NCBI RefSeq assembly: GCF_000143415.4
Contig: NW_003314579.1
Span: 1-11,381, forward strand
Direction of reading: 5' to 3'
Source of the DNA: Selaginella moellendorffii
Lineage: Eukaryota; Plantae; Lycopodiophyta
Length of the DNA: 11,381 bases
Each line of letters begins with the position of its first letter. The stretch's first letter is position 1. Positions 7,735 to 11,381 of this stretch are shown in pieces. A model generated the notes under the pieces. That model was not told the DNA's origin. It ran no database searches and worked only from the letters and a program-made list of their open reading frames with translations. A program made the position numbers and the translations under genes.

Positions 7735-9251
7735 CGTCCAAGCGTGTGGAACAACCAGACAACGTCATCCATGTGAGAGAAGCTTTCGCGCACAGCTTTG
7801 CGGGGGGGAATTTTTGCAGCATCTCTTTTGTTCTTCGTTTTATCTTCCCTGCGGCTATCAAAGAAAAAAACAAAAGCAACGCCGCGACACAGGAAGGAGG
7901 ATCAGAAGAAGCAAGAGGAAACAAACATATATACTTCTCTTTTGTGCTTACGAGCAAGACGTTATAAGTCGCGTCCTAATGCGACACTGGATCGATCGCT
8001 GCTGCGGCTGTGCTGTGCTTGAATGGAGCGAAGGATGAGGATCTATCTCTGTCGAGCGAAACTGACGTTCGCCCATCATCTCACTCTGGTGTTTTGCTCA
8101 AGTAATCTCGGATAAAAGTCGTTCTCCCTGACACACAAAACACGCAGAGTATAAACTTTTCAAGTGTACAAGCAAGAACCTGTTCCCGGTTCTTCGAGCT
8201 TTGTCGTGTGCTTCATAAATGTAACCAATCGCTGGCTTCCCAAATTCGCCTCCTATTCAGGTCAGCCACATCAATCAGATAAACTCACTCGGAGTTTTCT
8301 AAAGAGAAAACAGAAGCTTGTTTTCTCGAATAAATCTCTTACCAAACAACACGCTCGCCAGTGTGGTCACCACACTCACATGCAAAAATCCGAGAGAGTG
8401 CACAAGAGAATCTAGCAAGGTGGTGGAGCTGCACAGACAAACGAAATCAGAGATTTATAAGTTTTCCTCGTCTCGAGATGAGTAAAAAATTGGCTGGAAA
8501 GCGAGAGACGGGAGAAAAGGGAAGAAAACAAACAAAGCAACCAACCTGGATGGACGAGGAATTGGGAAACAACGCCGTACAGGAAAATTGGCGATTCTTG
8601 AGGTGCCTCCTGAGATAGATCTGGATGGCGTTTCTTTAGCTCAAGACGCACGAAGCTTCTCTTTTCGGTGACCACTCGGGAACACCTACGAGTATTAGAT
8701 CTGCAGAAAAGAAAGAGAGAAAAGATAAAAGCCAAACAACAAACAAAAGAGAAAGCCAGCCTTGCTACCTTTGTCCTTTTTTTCCAGCTGTTGGAATTTC
8801 ATCCTTGTTGATGAGTTCGGTTCCTTTGCACCAAATGCCGCGAGGGGAGGTATGAATTTCCTGCACATTCAATTCCCAAGAGCTTTTAAGATCCTTTCTT
8901 TCCTTTCCCTCGCGAGCGAAATGAAGAACTTGCCGTTGAAGTGGAGTCGAGTGTGTCAAAACTTTAAAACCAATGAATGTCAAACCCTGTGGACAAATCT
9001 TGCGTGTTCTGGAGCTTCGAAGCTGGGAGAGGAAGCATTATTCATGCGTGATGGCTGGCTGGCACACGCCTGTTGACAAAATCTACACTGATTTGTGAAG
9101 AATCTGGGGCAAAAGCAAAATTACCTGGCTGTTCTTGAGCGACAATTTAAGTCACAAATCTCTTTCCAAGTTGTGACCTCTCCAAAGACTTCCATTAGTT
9201 TTTGATTTCCTAATTTTTTCTTCCTCCTCTTTTCGCTGCGTATTTCCTGCA

Positions 9252-9275
9252 CAGCAGCAGCAGCAGCAGCAGCAG
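9252..9275. repeat. (CAG)8 microsatellite
   Basis: Eight CAG units read directly. Confidence 0.92.
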
Positions 9276-9730
9276 CATCTTCGGTTCTAACAGAATGAAA
9301 CGGAAATGCTTAAAACAAGTCACCTCTGTTGGCGACAAGGACGACGCTCTCTCTCTTTGCGTTTGCGAACGAGAGACTAATGTTCTTCCCGCAAGCGCAG
9401 ATGTTAAAAATCGCGTTCGTCCCAAGTTTTAATGTCCTATGCACATGCCAGGAATTGAAATAAAAACTCGCGACAGCGACGCGTCTGGATCCAGCAGCGC
9501 AGCGAGCAAGCAGAGCGGCAAAAGGAATGTCAACCTCGGGAGCTATCGGATCAAGATGATCCTCCCGGAAACATCAGCGTCAAGAGAAAAGAAAAAGAGG
9601 CACACAAACAACAAAACCATCGGTCGCAAGCCAGGCGACGCGGCAGCGCCAATGCAGCGCCGCAACAGTAATCTAATCCACCCCCGAATCTAAAATTCAA
9701 TGCTTACCGGAGCCCTACTACCGCCCGCGC

Positions 9731-9764
9731 CCATCGCCATCGCCATCGCCATCGCCATCGCCAT
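9731..9764 (-). repeat. (ATGGCG)n hexamer repeat giving six in-frame ATGs (MAMAMAMAMAM)
   Basis: On +, CAT occurs at 9732, 9738, 9744, 9750, 9756 and 9762, each spaced 6 nt within (CCATCG)n. Confidence 0.9.
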
Positions 9765-9772
9765 TGCCCCCA

Positions 9773-9780
9773 AAACCCTA
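9773..9780. promoter_or_regulatory. Telo-box (AAACCCTA), typical of plant TSS/5'UTR regions
   Basis: AAACCCTA at 9773-9780 with a related TTAGGG at 9791-9796; further telo-like copies at 10967-10974 and 11012-11020. Confidence 0.5.
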
Positions 9781-11238
9781 GAACAGGGTGTTAGGGCTTT
9801 AGTTTTAAATTTGGAATATTCACCACTACTTGGCGCGCGATTTTCGGATGCATTGAACTTGGATTCCCAGCATAAAGAAATCCAGCCCTGTTTATACATT
9901 TTTCTCTTTGTAGCAGAGTCTTTTGTAGGGAGCACCAGCTTTACTCCTTGCATTGTGGAATTCACCAAAAAGTATAAAATAAACAGCCAAATTATAAAAT
10001 AAAACTCTAAAAAATAAACCAAGAGAAAATTTCAGATGCGTTTCATAAGGCGCCTCCCAAATTCGCGGCCTGGCACCAAATTTCTTTAAATCCGCTGCCC
10101 GATTGATTGATTCCCATGGGTTTAGCTTCGGACAGCTCAAAGACACAAGCCTTTCTATTTTTATCTCCCCGCAAACTAAAGAATCACTAAAATCAAGCCA
10201 CAAGCCACGACTGGGTCTCGGCACCGCCCTCCACGGCCATTAAGGTCTCTTTCCTAAAACCATGAAAATCTCTCGATCGAATCCATATCGAATTGTGTGT
10301 TTGGAATAAACTGGAGGCACAAGCGGCCAGCGAGCAGACACCAAATGCCACATCCAAAAATTCCACACCACCCCACCAACAAGCAAGGCGCCGAGTTGAC
10401 ACGAGTACGGCACTAGACAATCCCCGTACGGACGCCTTTGACTGGCCAGTCTCTGCAATTAGAAAGAAAGAGAAATGGGAAAAGCTTGAAATGAGGCAGA
10501 GATTTAAAGACAAAGAAAAGAAATCCTGGCCGCTGTCCCCAGCCTTGTCGTTCGTGCTCTTGTTGTTGCCACTGTTGCTTGTGGCGAGGCATGGCACAGA
10601 GAACACAGTGGCCCCACATTTTATGATAGACAAAGAAAAAACATCGAGTTTTGGGCATATAAAGGGCTGCGGGGAATCAATCGGGATAGATAGATTCGCT
10701 GGAGATTCGGCTGCTTGAATGAGGACACTAGCAAGCAAGGCGGGAGCAAATTGCCAAGGGGAAGACGAGACATTCAGCCAGTCGAATCAAGCGGAATCGG
10801 TATTATATCTCCGGCCGTTACATACTTTTGGAGAGAAGAAGGTGGCGGACATTGAGTGATTGATTGAGAGTCCAAGCTCGCCAACCAAAACGGTTGTTCC
10901 TGGAAAGGGGAATCTAACTTACCCCGGTCTCCAGGTCTTGGTCTCTTTTAGGTCAAGTCGTTCTTGTTAGGGTTCTTACGGTAAGGAAAAAATGAGCTTT
11001 GACCTTTTGCAAAACCCTAAAAAAAAGCTGTCCGGCCAGCACTCACATGCCACTGCCAAATGCCACAGATGTTACTCCAGACAGCCAGTCAAGAAAGCGA
11101 CACACATTAGCTTACCATTGGCTACCCAGTAGCACACAACAGCTATAACAAAAATCAAATAAGAATTTCTACGAAACTATTTCTAGACGTACAGTGTATA
11201 GCTACGAAATACGTAAACTGCAGAGCGGGGATATTCTC

Positions 11239-11379
11239 TTACAGATTCCTACGCCACCTATCTAGCCCTAACTTCGACGTAACGCTCATATACTCTAGTT
11301 TTTCTTGCATTGCGCCTTGTGGCCCCGCATTATTGAACGGAGCAGAATTTAGTGGATCTTCCAATGTGACTGAAGTTTC
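11239..11379 (-). CDS. Possible last coding exon of an unidentified gene entering from the right edge (...ETSVTLEDPLNSAPFNNAGPQGAMQEKLEYMSVTSKLGLDRWRRNL*)
   Basis: One minus-strand frame is open for 46 codons from the window edge to TAA 11241-11239, followed by T-rich 3'UTR-like sequence. No family recognised. Confidence 0.3.
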   Translation of the reverse strand, partial: ETSVTLEDPLNSAPFNNAGPQGAMQEKLEYMSVTSKLGLDRWRRNL

Positions 11380-11381
11380 CA

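Noticed and set aside
8170-9180. Short inverted repeats (AAGAACC..GGTTCTT ~8174-8194, GAGAAAACA..TGTTTTCTC 8304-8327, GTGTGGT-C-ACCACAC 8361-8375, GTCACAA..TTGTGAC 9151-9177) as miRNA precursors or MITE ends
   Set aside because: Arms are only 7-9 bp and unrelated to one another, with no extended foldback or target-site duplication.
10193-10738. 141-aa (+) and 181-aa (-) ORFs
   Set aside because: Low-complexity K/E or F/L/S composition mirrors purine/pyrimidine tracts; non-ATG starts; no known domain.
10858-10870. TGATTGAG resembling the miR171 5' end
   Set aside because: Only 8 nt match, arising from a GATT microsatellite; no hairpin.
1-11381. CRISPR array, tRNA/rRNA or prokaryotic operon/defence system
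   Set aside because: The window is spliceosomal-intron-rich plant nuclear DNA; no regularly spaced repeats or structural RNA signatures were seen.

Overview
Gene-dense land-plant nuclear DNA with very short introns (mostly 49-90 nt). This style suggests the lycophyte Selaginella (inference). Left to right: (1) the 3' exons of a fatty acid amide hydrolase (FAAH)-type amidase on +, including a GC-AG intron; (2) an apparently accessory ~2 kb block holding a deletion-riddled exon fragment of a plant C2H2-zinc-finger/ADP-ribosylation-fold gene (-), head-to-head with an intact, intronless 437-aa P-loop ATPase (+) of the ATPase_2/STAND-like type with a mitochondrial-presequence-like N-terminus; (3) a multi-exon PHAF1/UPF0183 gene (+) interrupted by an N gap; (4) a convergent ICE1/SCREAM-like bHLH gene (-). 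The bHLH gene probably has two extra small N-terminal exons, a degenerate KRAAM motif and a miR160-complementary site. The remaining ~4.4 kb has no recognisable protein. It does carry repeated minus-strand splice signatures and a telo-box + (ATGGCG)n 'first exon', pointing to a spliced lncRNA or a very long alternative leader of the ICE1-like gene. All family calls come from recalled homolog sequences, not database searches.
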